Assembly: GCA_049516875.1 (NCBI GenBank)
Contig: JBEKSS010000003.1
Span: 128,001-192,000, forward strand
Direction: 5' to 3'
DNA length: 64,000 nucleotides
From: Candidatus Bathyarchaeia archaeon
GTDB taxonomy: Archaea > Thermoproteota > Bathyarchaeia > Bathyarchaeales > Bathycorpusculaceae
The position numbers and the translations under genes are program-made. The notes below the pieces were generated by a model. That model was not told the DNA's origin. It was given only the letters and a program-made list of their open reading frames with translations, and searched no databases. Each line of letters opens with the position of its first letter. Positions within the stretch are counted from its first letter, which is position 1. Shown one piece after another: positions 10,128 to 20,211 of this stretch.

Positions 10128-10463
10128 CATTATTCAGCCTTAATTCGCACCTATTTTGTCCAAAAAGGCTCAGTTTGAGTTGCTTTGGAAGCATGGCTGA
10201 AATCGGAGCGCGACTTTACTGGCAAAAACATTCAGAATTCACCATGATTCCGCTTCTCTCTCAACTTGACGGCAGGAGTCTCGAACTCCTCGGATAGCGA
10301 TTAGTGGTTGAAAAACCAGCAACTCTGATTCAGGCAGCCGAAGTTAGTTAAACATTTTCGCAGCAGGCATCTGATGAAACTATTGAACCTGAATGTATCA
10401 AACTCAACATTCAAATACAAGTGCGAACTATCGAGTAAGCTTCAAAGGGGAAGGTGGAAATCA

Positions 10464-11999
10464 ATGGCCAGGAATTTGGTGTCAGACTACAAGAGGCTGA
10501 TGGAGAAAGCCAAGGACCTTGCTGTTTTGCAGTCAACGGAATCTATTATGGGCTGGGATATGGAGACGATGATGCCGCCGAAGGCCATCAAACTGCGCAG
10601 CCAGCAACTCTCCTTGCTCAGCATAGTTGAGCACAAGATGAGCACTGACCCAGAGATTGGAGCCTTGCTGCAGGAGGTCAAACGAAACTCAGAATATGAC
10701 AAGCTTGACGAGGTGCAAAAAAGAAACGCCTACCTCATACAGAAACGCTACGACGAGCAGACGAAGCTTCCCGAAGAACTTGTGGCGGAGATTGCAAAAC
10801 AACAGGCCTTGACCATTGACATATGGAAGAAGGCCAAAGCGGCCAAGGACTATTCCATGTTCAGGCCAGAACTTGAGAAACTTGTTGAACTGCAAAAGAA
10901 AGCCGCAGGCATTTTGATGAAGGTGAAAGAAACGGCAACACCCTACGACGCGCTGATAGACATTTACGAAGCCAAGATGACCGCCAAGGCAATCACCAAG
11001 ATCTTCGATGAGCTCAGAGAAGGACTGGTTAAGCTGCTGAAAAAGTGCCAGAGTTCTCCTAAACAGCCGGATCCAAGCATTCTGAAGCGCAACGTCCCAA
11101 TTGACGTACAACGCAAGATTGCAGTGGCACTCGCAGAAGCCGTGGGATACGATGTGACTTCAAAACAGGCAGGAGGAAGAATCGACACCACTGAGCACCC
11201 GTTCACGACAGGCTACTACGACGACGTGAGAATAACCACGCACTATTATGAGAATCTCTTCGCGTCCTCCATCTTTTCAGTTCTGCATGAAGCAGGACAC
11301 GCCATGTACGAACAGAACCTTAGGCAAGAGTGGATGTACCAACCGGTCGGCAATGCCGCCTCATCCGGCTTCCACGAGTCTCAATCCCGCGTGGTGGAGA
11401 ACATGGTGGGCCGATCACGCGAGTTCTGGACGTATTTTCTGCCAAAGCTCAAACAAGTTGCCGGCAGCACACTGTCAGGGTTGGAACTGGACAAGTTTGT
11501 TCACGCCATAAACCAGGTCAAACCCTCAAAAATCCGCGTTGAGGCAGACGAAGTCACGTACGGACTACACATAATAATAAGGTTCAACATTGAACGCGAC
11601 CTCTTCACCAACAAAATAGCTGTCAGGGAACTCCCTGAAATATGGAACCAAGGCTACGAAGAATATCTAGGCATAAAGGTTGAAAACGACTCTGAAGGTG
11701 TAATGCAAGACACTCACTGGGCCGGCGGAATGTTTGGCTATTTCCCAAGCTATGCGTTGGGCAACATCTACGGCGGACAAATACTCGCGGCGATGGAGAA
11801 GACTTTGCCAGACTGGCGAAAACGGCTAGCGAAAGGCAACTTCAACGACATGAAACAGTGGCTCAACAAAAACGTTCACAGCCAAGGATACCTCTACGAC
11901 CCCGCCGACCTTATCAAGAAAATTGCCGGAACAGAACTAAACATCAAACCGTACTTAAGCTACTTGAACGAGAAGTACTCGGAACTCTACGGTTTCTAA
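10464..11999 (+). CDS. Thermostable carboxypeptidase, peptidase family M32
   Basis: HPF, DVRITT, HEAGHA zinc motif, HESQS, IRVEADEVTY, GVMQDTHW, GYFPSYALGN. Confidence 0.95.
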   Translation: MARNLVSDYKRLMEKAKDLAVLQSTESIMGWDMETMMPPKAIKLRSQQLSLLSIVEHKMSTDPEIGALLQEVKRNSEYDKLDEVQKRNAYLIQKRYDEQTKLPEELVAEIAKQQALTIDIWKKAKAAKDYSMFRPELEKLVELQKKAAGILMKVKETATPYDALIDIYEAKMTAKAITKIFDELREGLVKLLKKCQSSPKQPDPSILKRNVPIDVQRKIAVALAEAVGYDVTSKQAGGRIDTTEHPFTTGYYDDVRITTHYYENLFASSIFSVLHEAGHAMYEQNLRQEWMYQPVGNAASSGFHESQSRVVENMVGRSREFWTYFLPKLKQVAGSTLSGLELDKFVHAINQVKPSKIRVEADEVTYGLHIIIRFNIERDLFTNKIAVRELPEIWNQGYEEYLGIKVENDSEGVMQDTHWAGGMFGYFPSYALGNIYGGQILAAMEKTLPDWRKRLAKGNFNDMKQWLNKNVHSQGYLYDPADLIKKIAGTELNIKPYLSYLNEKYSELYGF

Positions 12000-12305
12000 T
12001 CAGACACGCACCTCGCCTGAGGCAAGCATATTCCCAGAAACACGTATATGAAAATCCTTTCGGCAAACAAGCCCAAACACACCAACCGACAACAGCGCCT
12101 GCTATAGACTCAAATCCGAACCCAAAACGACAGACACCGGCGCACAAACCGCTTTGGACACACGCCACAACCAACCTCAGATAGCCAGGCCTCTTTAAGC
12201 TTTCCAGCGCACTTGCAGACAACGTCACGAACGTGCCGAAAAAGCTTCGACGCCCTCATCTCATACCGACACTCCAATGCACAATCGTCCAACACTTGAC
12301 TTTTG

Positions 12306-12334
12306 CACTGTCTGTTTCCGACAGTGTTATATAC
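12306..12334 (+). promoter_or_regulatory. Palindromic operator-like site CACTGTC-N7-GACAGTG adjacent to a TATA box (TTATATAC) upstream of fae-hps
   Basis: Perfect 7-bp inverted repeat at 12306-12312 and 12320-12326; TATA at 12327-12334; ATG at 12369. Confidence 0.6.
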
Positions 12335-12368
12335 ATGGTACGCATTCGGATAGCATGTGTGATTGTAA

Positions 12369-13823
12369 ATGTCGGAACACAACGTGAAAAAGCCGGAAAC
12401 AAGAGAAGAGTTTATCGACATGCTCGTGGGAGCCGCGAAGAAAGCTGCTGAAGACCGCGGTGTCCCGAAAGCTAAACCGACAAAACCCACAGTTCTTGGA
12501 ACGGCTGACGTATTAAACATACATAGAGACACCCTTTATGCGTGGCTCAAAGAGTTCAATGTTGATTTCAAAGAGATATCAGACAATCTTCCGACAGATG
12601 TTATGTCGGAATATGGAGATGCAAAGGGGAGGGTTTATTTGATTGGGGAAGCCCTTGTCGGAGAAGGCAATGAAGTTGCCCACATCGATCTTCTAATAGG
12701 CGACAAGAACGGGCCGGTCGGAGACGCGTTTGCTCAAGGCATGTGCAATCTTTCGGCAGGACACACACCGCTTTTGGCGGTAATACGTCCCAATCTTCCT
12801 CCTAAACCGTACACGCTTCTCGTGCCCAAAGTCACTACAAAGAATATCGAAGATGTGAACAAGATCTTCGGCCCCGCTCAGGCTGCAGTGGCGAAGGCCG
12901 TTGCGGACGCCGTTGAAGACGGAATAATTCCAAAAGACAAGATTGATGATTGGGTGATCGTGTGCAGTGTCTTTGTTCATCCGGCAGCAAGCGACTTTCG
13001 AAAGATTTATCAGTACAATTACGGAGCAACGAAGCTGGCTTTGAAACGGGCCCTAGCGAAGTATCCGTCGTTGGAGAAGATGTTCTACGACAAGGACAGA
13101 GCCAAACACCCGATAATGGGATTCAAAGTGCCACGTCTGTGGCGACCGCCATACCTGCAAATCGCACTTGACAATCCTGAATTGGACAGTGCAAAGAAAG
13201 TCATAGCTCAGCTACCGGGAAGCGACAGGATAATCATCGAAGTGGGCACGCCGCTTATCAAGAGATACGGAACAAAAGTGATAAACGAACTCAGAGAAGC
13301 GGCCAAGAGCATGTTCTTCGTTGCAGATCTTAAAACACTGGACGTTGGAAAAGTCGAGGTTGACCTTGCCTACGACGAAACAGCAGACGCCGTGGTTGCC
13401 GCAGGACTCGCGCCCCCAGAAACCCTCGACGCATTCATCCACGAAGCAAAAAGACTGGCAACGTACGCGGTCGTGGACATGCTGAACGTGGAAGACCCCC
13501 TTAAGAAGCTAAAGTCTCTCAAAGAATTTCCAGACATCGTGATTTTGCACAGAGGAATTGATCAAGAAACGGGAAGAGCACACGGACTTGAAATCATCCC
13601 CGAAATACGCCAAACATTCAAGGACAAGAAATTCCTCATCGCCGTAGCGGGCGGAATAGTGCCGGAAACGGCAAAAGAAGCCCTGCAAAAAGGTGCAGAC
13701 ATAATCATCGTCGGACGATACATAACCCAGTCAAAAGACATTGAACGCGCAGTGAGAGACTTCCTAGAAGCAACACCCGAAATGCTAGAAGACATCGACC
13801 TGTTCAGGGTGCACGTAGAATAG
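12369..13823 (+). CDS. fae-hps: Bifunctional formaldehyde-activating enzyme / 3-hexulose-6-phosphate synthase with an extra N-terminal HTH domain
   Basis: Fae domain (IGEALVGEGNEVAHIDL, GHTPLLAVIRPNL, FGPAQAAVAKAV, YNYGATKLA) followed by Hps (PYLQIALD, IEVGTPLIKRYG, ADLKTLDVG, HRGID, VAGG); about 80-aa N-terminal extension with an HTH pattern. Confidence 0.92.
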   Translation: MSEHNVKKPETREEFIDMLVGAAKKAAEDRGVPKAKPTKPTVLGTADVLNIHRDTLYAWLKEFNVDFKEISDNLPTDVMSEYGDAKGRVYLIGEALVGEGNEVAHIDLLIGDKNGPVGDAFAQGMCNLSAGHTPLLAVIRPNLPPKPYTLLVPKVTTKNIEDVNKIFGPAQAAVAKAVADAVEDGIIPKDKIDDWVIVCSVFVHPAASDFRKIYQYNYGATKLALKRALAKYPSLEKMFYDKDRAKHPIMGFKVPRLWRPPYLQIALDNPELDSAKKVIAQLPGSDRIIIEVGTPLIKRYGTKVINELREAAKSMFFVADLKTLDVGKVEVDLAYDETADAVVAAGLAPPETLDAFIHEAKRLATYAVVDMLNVEDPLKKLKSLKEFPDIVILHRGIDQETGRAHGLEIIPEIRQTFKDKKFLIAVAGGIVPETAKEALQKGADIIIVGRYITQSKDIERAVRDFLEATPEMLEDIDLFRVHVE

Positions 13824-13843
13824 ACGTGCCCACCTTTCCAAGA

Positions 13844-15040
13844 TTATGCAAAGAGTTTGAAGAAAACGAATGCAACGAAGAAGATTAAGCCAGCAACGAC
13901 AAATACGTCAAGAAAACCCAAAGCCTGGGCGATGAAAGGACCTGCAAAGGAGCCGAAGGCTCCTCCCATGCCTATCAAAACATTGATCAAACCCGCCTTG
14001 CCCGCTGGTATGAGCTCCATTGACAATGAGAGAATATGCACCATGAAAACTGCAAAGAGAAACCCCATCAGAATCAGAATACCAGTTGTTAGCAGCACGC
14101 TAAAAGATGAGACCTGCAGAGCTGCGAGCAGTGTGAAGGCGAGTAGACCTCGACCCAACACCAGCCCGCCTACGAAGCGTTTTCCATTCCACTCTTCCGA
14201 CCTTCTGCCGACCAAGGTGTAACCCGTTATGGCTCCTCCGGAACTCAGAACGAAGATAGCGAAGACAACCCCTGCTGGCAAGTCTACGGCGATATGGTTA
14301 ACGAAAACGGGAAGAGGCGTGAACAATATACTCGTGGCCAGCGAGAAAAACACGAGTCCACAGCAGAAGGCGGTCACGTTCTCCCTTTTCAACCTTTCAT
14401 CCAGAGCCATGCCATCCATCATCTTTGAAGCCAGAAAAATGCCATGAGACGCAAAGTCAACAGTCTTCTCAATGCTAACCAAGCTTCTTTCAAAAACCAA
14501 AGGCGGGTCTACCACAAATATTGCAGAGAGAACAAAAGCTACCAAGTTCAATCCTGCGACCAAAAACAGCGTGTTAGCTGTACCAAAGCCGTAAGTTGAG
14601 GCGAAGAAGCCTAACACTAGGCCGATTAGCGATCCGACCTCCGTGAAACCTTCATAGAAAGCAAAGTTCTTTCTCCACTCGTGATGAGAATACAGTTCAG
14701 AGATCAGGACGTTCTTAGGAGCCTCGTGAGCCACGTGGAAAATGGACATCACTGCATAGAGCACAGTCAACAGGACGATGTCTTTAGTAAAGGTGAAGAG
14801 GCAGAGCATGACGGTTGAAGCGAGGAATGCGAGAAGGATGTAGCGTTTGTAGTGCCTTGTTTTGTCGCACAGGTAGCCCCAGAAGAATGAGGCTGGGATA
14901 GCTGCAAACAGGGCGATACCGGCCATCACTCCGACCCAGAACAGCCCGTCAGCCTCCCTTATTAAAACCACGTACAACGGCAGGAAAATGGACAGTAACC
15001 CGAAGCCCATTTCGTGGAAGAAGAACCCAAGCCGCCACAT
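13844..15040 (-). CDS. MFS transporter
   Basis: About 12 TM segments in a 6+6 arrangement; WGYLCDKTRHYK resembles MFS motif A. Confidence 0.88.
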   Translation of the reverse strand: MWRLGFFFHEMGFGLLSIFLPLYVVLIREADGLFWVGVMAGIALFAAIPASFFWGYLCDKTRHYKRYILLAFLASTVMLCLFTFTKDIVLLTVLYAVMSIFHVAHEAPKNVLISELYSHHEWRKNFAFYEGFTEVGSLIGLVLGFFASTYGFGTANTLFLVAGLNLVAFVLSAIFVVDPPLVFERSLVSIEKTVDFASHGIFLASKMMDGMALDERLKRENVTAFCCGLVFFSLATSILFTPLPVFVNHIAVDLPAGVVFAIFVLSSGGAITGYTLVGRRSEEWNGKRFVGGLVLGRGLLAFTLLAALQVSSFSVLLTTGILILMGFLFAVFMVHILSLSMELIPAGKAGLINVLIGMGGAFGSFAGPFIAQALGFLDVFVVAGLIFFVAFVFFKLFA

Positions 15041-15580
15041 AGCCAGAAAACGTCCTCAAAGTGAGATTAAAACTTTTGTCCTTTCCTCCTGAATTCTGTA
15101 CAATCTGGGGGCGTGAGAGACTCCACCTCAACAGCGGAAACGCGTCGAGTTTCTATCGCGCCAACTGATGCATAGCCTGAAGGAATTACTCTTTCCGGAT
15201 TCACTCACGTTGACAGTCATCCCCCCATTGCTTCATATTGCCTGTTTGTGTACTTGACTTATTTCATTATCACCTTCTAGTAATAGCTGTTAATCACGCT
15301 CGATCTATAGAACAACAAGAAAAATTCCAAGGCAGACTCCAAATAACTACAAAACTAACGAGTCCAACTCTGACGATGATTCATCTATTAGTAACAATGT
15401 TCATTTACATCACTTTATTCATAGCAGCCCTAATTCTAGCTTACATGGTTAATCTTATGTAGTCATCACCCGACAGTTAACAAGGACAACCATCACCCAC
15501 CAAGTTAACAGAACCCAAACACGCAATTCTTAATAGAGAGATGCCCAACTTTCATAACACTGCCGGAGAGTTCATCGATA

Positions 15581-16054
15581 ATGGCAAAGTTCAAAGTGAT
15601 CGTTTCAGATCCGGAAGCTGGGACTTCAAAGGTAGTGGAGCTTGAAGAAGCACGAGCAGCACCGCTCATCGGCAGGAGAATAGGCGAAGTGATAGACGGC
15701 TCAATCGTCGACCTGCCAGGACACAAAGCCCAAATCAGGGGAGGCTCAGACAAAGATGGGTTCCCCATGAGACCAAGCGTGCACGGCGGCGTTCGCCGAA
15801 GAATCGTCCTAAGCGGGGGAGTTGGGTTCAATCCACTGAACGAAGGATCAAGAAGACGCAAAACAGTCCGCGGCAACGTGATAACGGAGGAAATCGTCCA
15901 AATAAACATGAAAATCACGGAAAAACCAAAACAAACCAAAGAAACCAAAAAAACAAAGGAAAAGAAAGAAGAAAAACCAGCACCGCAAAAAGAAGCACAA
16001 ACCACAAAAACAGCCAGCACCCAGCAACAACCCGACACCACTCAAAAAACCTGA
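15581..16054 (+). CDS. rps6e: 30S ribosomal protein S6e with a K/E/T/Q-rich C-terminal tail
   Basis: FKVIVSDP, GGSDKDGFPMR, RRRKTVRGN, QINMKI. Confidence 0.96.
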   Translation: MAKFKVIVSDPEAGTSKVVELEEARAAPLIGRRIGEVIDGSIVDLPGHKAQIRGGSDKDGFPMRPSVHGGVRRRIVLSGGVGFNPLNEGSRRRKTVRGNVITEEIVQINMKITEKPKQTKETKKTKEKKEEKPAPQKEAQTTKTASTQQQPDTTQKT

Positions 16055-16192
16055 CACCCACCGTCAAACCTCGCCGGTTTAAGTTTCAACCGCGCTCAGG
16101 GCACAGCACTCTTTTTGAGCGAAAGAACGGAACATCTTCGTGGTTTTATCTTTATTCACACAATCCCACGGGACAAGATACGCTTGGAGCGG

Positions 16193-16343
16193 GCATGTGT
16201 GGTCCTAAATTCAGTTTCTTGAGTGCGATACAGTTGGTCGCACCTTCTGAACAATGCTTCTTATGTTCAGAGGTGCCTTACCATCTATAGACGAAGCAAA
16301 CTAAAATAAACTGCCTCGCAAACGAATTTAGGAACAGACATGC
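16193..16343. mobile_element. Candidate MITE-like or structured element with 20-bp terminal inverted repeats and an internal hairpin
   Basis: GCATGTGTGGTCCTAAATTC (16193-16212) versus the reverse complement of 16324-16343, 18/20 match; inner stem 16240-16253 / 16264-16276; 19-bp exact copy of the right part at 32642-32660. Confidence 0.45.
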
Positions 16344-16598
16344 GTCTAACTGCTTGTAAGCACAAGCTACATTTTAGACAAGTTTCAAACGCTGGACTAA
16401 GAGGAAACAGCGAAGATCAAAAATAGTGCGCGTATTATCAAAGAAGACAATGTTAACGAAGTCTGGTGGAGAATATTGGGCATCGTCTGGGATATTAAAT
16501 CAAAAACATGACACGACCTTTGTTGAGCAGCCAACATTTATTAACTCGCACATTTTATTCCTTCAATAATTCGTAAACATTTATGGGAAAAGTAGAGA

Positions 16599-17846
16599 AT
16601 GAGCAGCGAAAAACCCACAGTCCTAGCGCGTCAGCCCGAAATAAACATCGGAACAATGGGCCACGTTGACCATGGCAAGACAACACTAGTGCAGGCTCTG
16701 ACAGGCGTCTGGGCGTCAAGGCACAGCGAAGAACTCAAGAGAGGCATAACAATCAAGCTGGGCTACGCTGACATGCCAGTTTACAGATGTCCAAAGTGTG
16801 AACCGCCCAAAAACTACACGACAAAACCTGTCTGCCCTGCATGCGGCTGCAAAGCAGTTTTCGTAAGAGCGGTCAGCTTCGTCGATGCTCCGGGACACGA
16901 AGCCTTGATGGCAACCATGCTTTCGGGAGCAGCCATCATGGACGGAGCCATACTTGTCATAGCCGCAGACGAGCCGTGTCCCCAGCCGCAAACAAGAGAA
17001 CACCTGGCCGCAGCCAACGTCATAGGAATAAGAAACATCATCATCGTCCAAAACAAGATCGACATCGTCGACGAGAAAAGGGCACACCAAAGCTACGCGG
17101 AAATCAAGAACTTCGTAAAGGGAACAGTCGCTGAAGACGCGCCTATAATCCCAATCTCAGCACAGAGAGGAATAAACACAGACATCTTGCTCCAAGCCAT
17201 GGAAGAGCTCATGCCCACACCAAAAAGAGACGAAACAAAACCTCCCTTCATGTACGTTGTCCGTTCATTCGACATCAACAGACCAGGCACGACCATCGAC
17301 AAACTTGAGGGTGGAGTCATCGGAGGCACGATAGTCGAAGGCAAACTCAAAGTCGGAGACGAACTAGAAATCCGCCCCGGAATAGCTGCTGCCGAGGGAA
17401 AAAACACTTACACCCCACTGCACAGCGAAATCGTCAGCCTGCAAGCTGGAGGAAAAAAGGTCGAAGAAGCCCACTGCGGCGGCCTCGTAGGCATAGGCAC
17501 ACTCCTAGACCCCTCATACTCAAAAGCGGACGGCCTGACAGGAAACATCGCCGGAAAAACAGAGATGCTCCCACCCATACTCACAGAACTGACCCTGGAA
17601 ACACAAATCCTCGACCGCGCCGTCGGAACAAAAGAACTCATGAAAATAGAAGAAGTGAGCATGAACGAAACCCTACTCCTACACGTAGGCGCAGCGATAA
17701 CCGTTGGAAAAGTAGCCTCCATAAGAAAAGACACCGTTCTAATCAAACTCACCCGCCCAGTCTGCGCCCAAACCGCCTCAAGAGTCGCACTGAGCAGAAA
17801 AATCGCAGGCAGATGGAGACTCATAGGCTACGGAACGATAAGGTAA
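16599..17846 (+). CDS. eif2g: Translation initiation factor 2 gamma subunit
   Basis: QPEINIGTMGHVDHGKTT, GITIKLGY, Zn knuckle, DAPGHE, QNKID, RWRLIGYG. Confidence 0.97.
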   Translation: MSSEKPTVLARQPEINIGTMGHVDHGKTTLVQALTGVWASRHSEELKRGITIKLGYADMPVYRCPKCEPPKNYTTKPVCPACGCKAVFVRAVSFVDAPGHEALMATMLSGAAIMDGAILVIAADEPCPQPQTREHLAAANVIGIRNIIIVQNKIDIVDEKRAHQSYAEIKNFVKGTVAEDAPIIPISAQRGINTDILLQAMEELMPTPKRDETKPPFMYVVRSFDINRPGTTIDKLEGGVIGGTIVEGKLKVGDELEIRPGIAAAEGKNTYTPLHSEIVSLQAGGKKVEEAHCGGLVGIGTLLDPSYSKADGLTGNIAGKTEMLPPILTELTLETQILDRAVGTKELMKIEEVSMNETLLLHVGAAITVGKVASIRKDTVLIKLTRPVCAQTASRVALSRKIAGRWRLIGYGTIR

Positions 17847-18084
17847 ACAAAAATCTATACGTGCCCTTCTAGCGCGCAAGACTGGTTTGCTGGTTACCGG
17901 TCTCTTTTGAGCCAACCTTTGATTCCAAGCTCCTCGACTATATTGGTTACTGGTTCCGGTTCGTGCGACTTACAATTGCCGTCTTCATCTATGTAAAGCA
18001 TCTTTCGTTTCAGTTGGAATTCTCCTTGTTTTCGGCCTCAGAACGACTTCCACCTCTTCAGTCCTCGCGCACGCACTCTATCGC

Positions 18085-20088
18085 TTAAGGCGCTAGGGCA
18101 CTGTTTACTATGTCTTTGGGATTGATGAAGACAGGTATGGTGGCAAGTGTAGCTTCATCGCAGGCAATCCGGACTTCGACTTCAAACATGCCGTTGTCGT
18201 TCAAATCTAGAAAAAGCCCATGGAAGTCAGAGTCGCCTCCAACGAGTTGGATTGGCCAAGCCCCGTCGTGCGCACTCGTGCCATTGGGCAAACTGGCAAC
18301 AGTATCGTCGACCGGAAAAGCCTGGGACGGGCATCGAACATAAACGTGGTGGGCATCGCCGCCAACTGCTGTGACGTTCAGATCTAGGAGTGTCAACAAC
18401 ACGGTTGTGTTGTCTCTGATTGTTCCGTTTGAGTACGTGGGGAATTTGCCTTCGTTTGCGTGGGCGCTTGACACGATGAAGTATTGGTCAGCCGATAGTT
18501 TGGTTTGGGCTTGATTCTCGTGTTTGTTGAAGTTCGTGATGGCTATTGCTACATCGCTCATGTTGACTATGCCGTCGTTGTTGATGTCAGCGTTGGGGTT
18601 CCAGTTCGGCGAGTTCGCCTCAGTGTTGAGCAGTGTAACAATGTAGGCGATGTCTTTCATGTTGACAATTCCATCGTAGACCCCTGGCACTGTGCCTGAC
18701 ACGTCCCCCGGAACACCCACATGAACTGGAATGTCACATGTGTAGTTGTTGTTTACGATATTTGTCTCGTTTGGAACTGGTGTTGCATAAGCAGTTATGG
18801 CGTAGTTGCCATAAACGAGGCTGCTAGTATTCAATATGAGAGTTATTGTTGCTGAAACCCCGCTTGCTAGGGCAATTTCCTCTGTTTGGATGGTAGCTGC
18901 GTTAGCGAAGACGGTCATGTTGAAGTTTTCCGTGTAACTACCTTGGTTTGCTACTGTGACACTCACGTTCAGGCTGCAGCCCTGACCAACGACAGCCTTG
19001 GAAGGCAGAACATTTGTAACAGCTATGTCGTGCCCGCTTGCCGTGTTGACCGTGAAGTTCACTGTTGCACCTATTCTGTCACTGTAGATGTAAGCGGCAT
19101 AGTTCTGGCTAGCTCCGACCGATCCTGAAATCATTCCTTCAACCGTTACGCTCACCGTGCCCGCTACGGAGGAGCCTGCGATTAGCGTCCAGCTCAAACT
19201 GGAGCTGTTCCCTGCTTGCAAAAAGCCTGTACCTAATGTTTTCTCTTGGCTTTCGCCTTGATCAAGGCTTAGGTTGGCAGGTAAGGTTATTGATGCAATG
19301 CATGAGGAAGCTGGATAGGCAAATAGTGCGTTTGGAAGCGGCTGTGGATACGTGATCGTGAACTCCATTTGGAACGGTGTTCCAGGCGTGAGATAGGCTG
19401 GGGCAGACATGTTTACCGTCCAAGGAGAAACGTAAAGAGTCCAATTGTCATAGTACGACCAGAGGTCCAAGAATTGGCTGTTGTTAAAAGCTATGTTGGG
19501 ACCACCATATGTTCCTCCCCATAAGGGCTGGTTCCATGGGTCATGCAGGAAAACGTGGGTTTCATTGTAGCCCGTTGCAACGCGATAATGAGTTGAAACA
19601 TGATGACTGCTGTACCACATCAGCAAAATGAGGGGTTTGCCTTGGTCAAGGAAGTCCCTAAGGGTTGTCAAGTCTATACCTTGCGCCTCAAAAGCTGCAT
19701 AGCCTAATTGCCGTAAAGTGTACCCTGTAATATTACTAGGAAGCTCGTCGCCCATTGACGTGCTGATGTTGCTAAACTGTCCAGCCCTCCTCAGTTCGTC
19801 TGTATAAGTTACATACAAGGGATCGCCGATGCTTCTAGCCACGCATGCTATCTCAGATTGCGAAATGTTTTCACCGTAATAGTTGAAGACCATCTGGAGC
19901 GCGGCAGGACCGCAGTAGTAGTCTTTCTCTTGGTAGTAGAACGGAACAGGAAGATGAATCTCGCTGTAAGCAGGCAAAAGCGATTGATCAGTGGTTAGTT
20001 CTGCTCTGCTGGGCTGAACCTTGAGTAACAAGGTGAACGGACACATTAACAGCAGTGCCAAGATTATTCCAGAGACCGCTTTCTTCAA
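18085..20088 (-). CDS. Secreted C39-like cysteine peptidase with CARDB and dockerin-like domains
   Basis: Signal peptide; VPFYYQEKDYYCGPAALQMV (Q..C), THYRVATGY (H), LHDPW (D); HDIAVTNV CARDB start; paired Ca-binding repeats DGIVNMKDI and DINNDGIVNMSD. Confidence 0.85.
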   Translation of the reverse strand: MKKAVSGIILALLLMCPFTLLLKVQPSRAELTTDQSLLPAYSEIHLPVPFYYQEKDYYCGPAALQMVFNYYGENISQSEIACVARSIGDPLYVTYTDELRRAGQFSNISTSMGDELPSNITGYTLRQLGYAAFEAQGIDLTTLRDFLDQGKPLILLMWYSSHHVSTHYRVATGYNETHVFLHDPWNQPLWGGTYGGPNIAFNNSQFLDLWSYYDNWTLYVSPWTVNMSAPAYLTPGTPFQMEFTITYPQPLPNALFAYPASSCIASITLPANLSLDQGESQEKTLGTGFLQAGNSSSLSWTLIAGSSVAGTVSVTVEGMISGSVGASQNYAAYIYSDRIGATVNFTVNTASGHDIAVTNVLPSKAVVGQGCSLNVSVTVANQGSYTENFNMTVFANAATIQTEEIALASGVSATITLILNTSSLVYGNYAITAYATPVPNETNIVNNNYTCDIPVHVGVPGDVSGTVPGVYDGIVNMKDIAYIVTLLNTEANSPNWNPNADINNDGIVNMSDVAIAITNFNKHENQAQTKLSADQYFIVSSAHANEGKFPTYSNGTIRDNTTVLLTLLDLNVTAVGGDAHHVYVRCPSQAFPVDDTVASLPNGTSAHDGAWPIQLVGGDSDFHGLFLDLNDNGMFEVEVRIACDEATLATIPVFINPKDIVNSALAP

Positions 20089-20211
20089 AATTCCTCTTCC
20101 CTAATCCTATCTTGGTTTAACGAACAGATATCCTTTGTGGAAAAATGCCCTAATGCATTGCCTTGGCATCAGGAAACAATTCTAACATCAAAATGCACAG
20201 ACAAATGGACG

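Noticed and set aside
10274-10290. T-arm-like hairpin AGGAG-TTCGAGA-CTCCT on the minus strand near tRNA-Glu (tRNA fragment or att site)
   Set aside because: No acceptor or anticodon arm can be built and it does not match the 3' end of the tRNA-Glu.
11944-12259. Cys-rich minus-strand ORFs between the M32 peptidase and fae-hps
   Set aside because: Explained by local A/C-rich composition; no recognisable domain or start signals.
15130-15500. AT-rich intergenic ORF 15238-15462
   Set aside because: Atypical composition and no SD or motif; probably decayed DNA.
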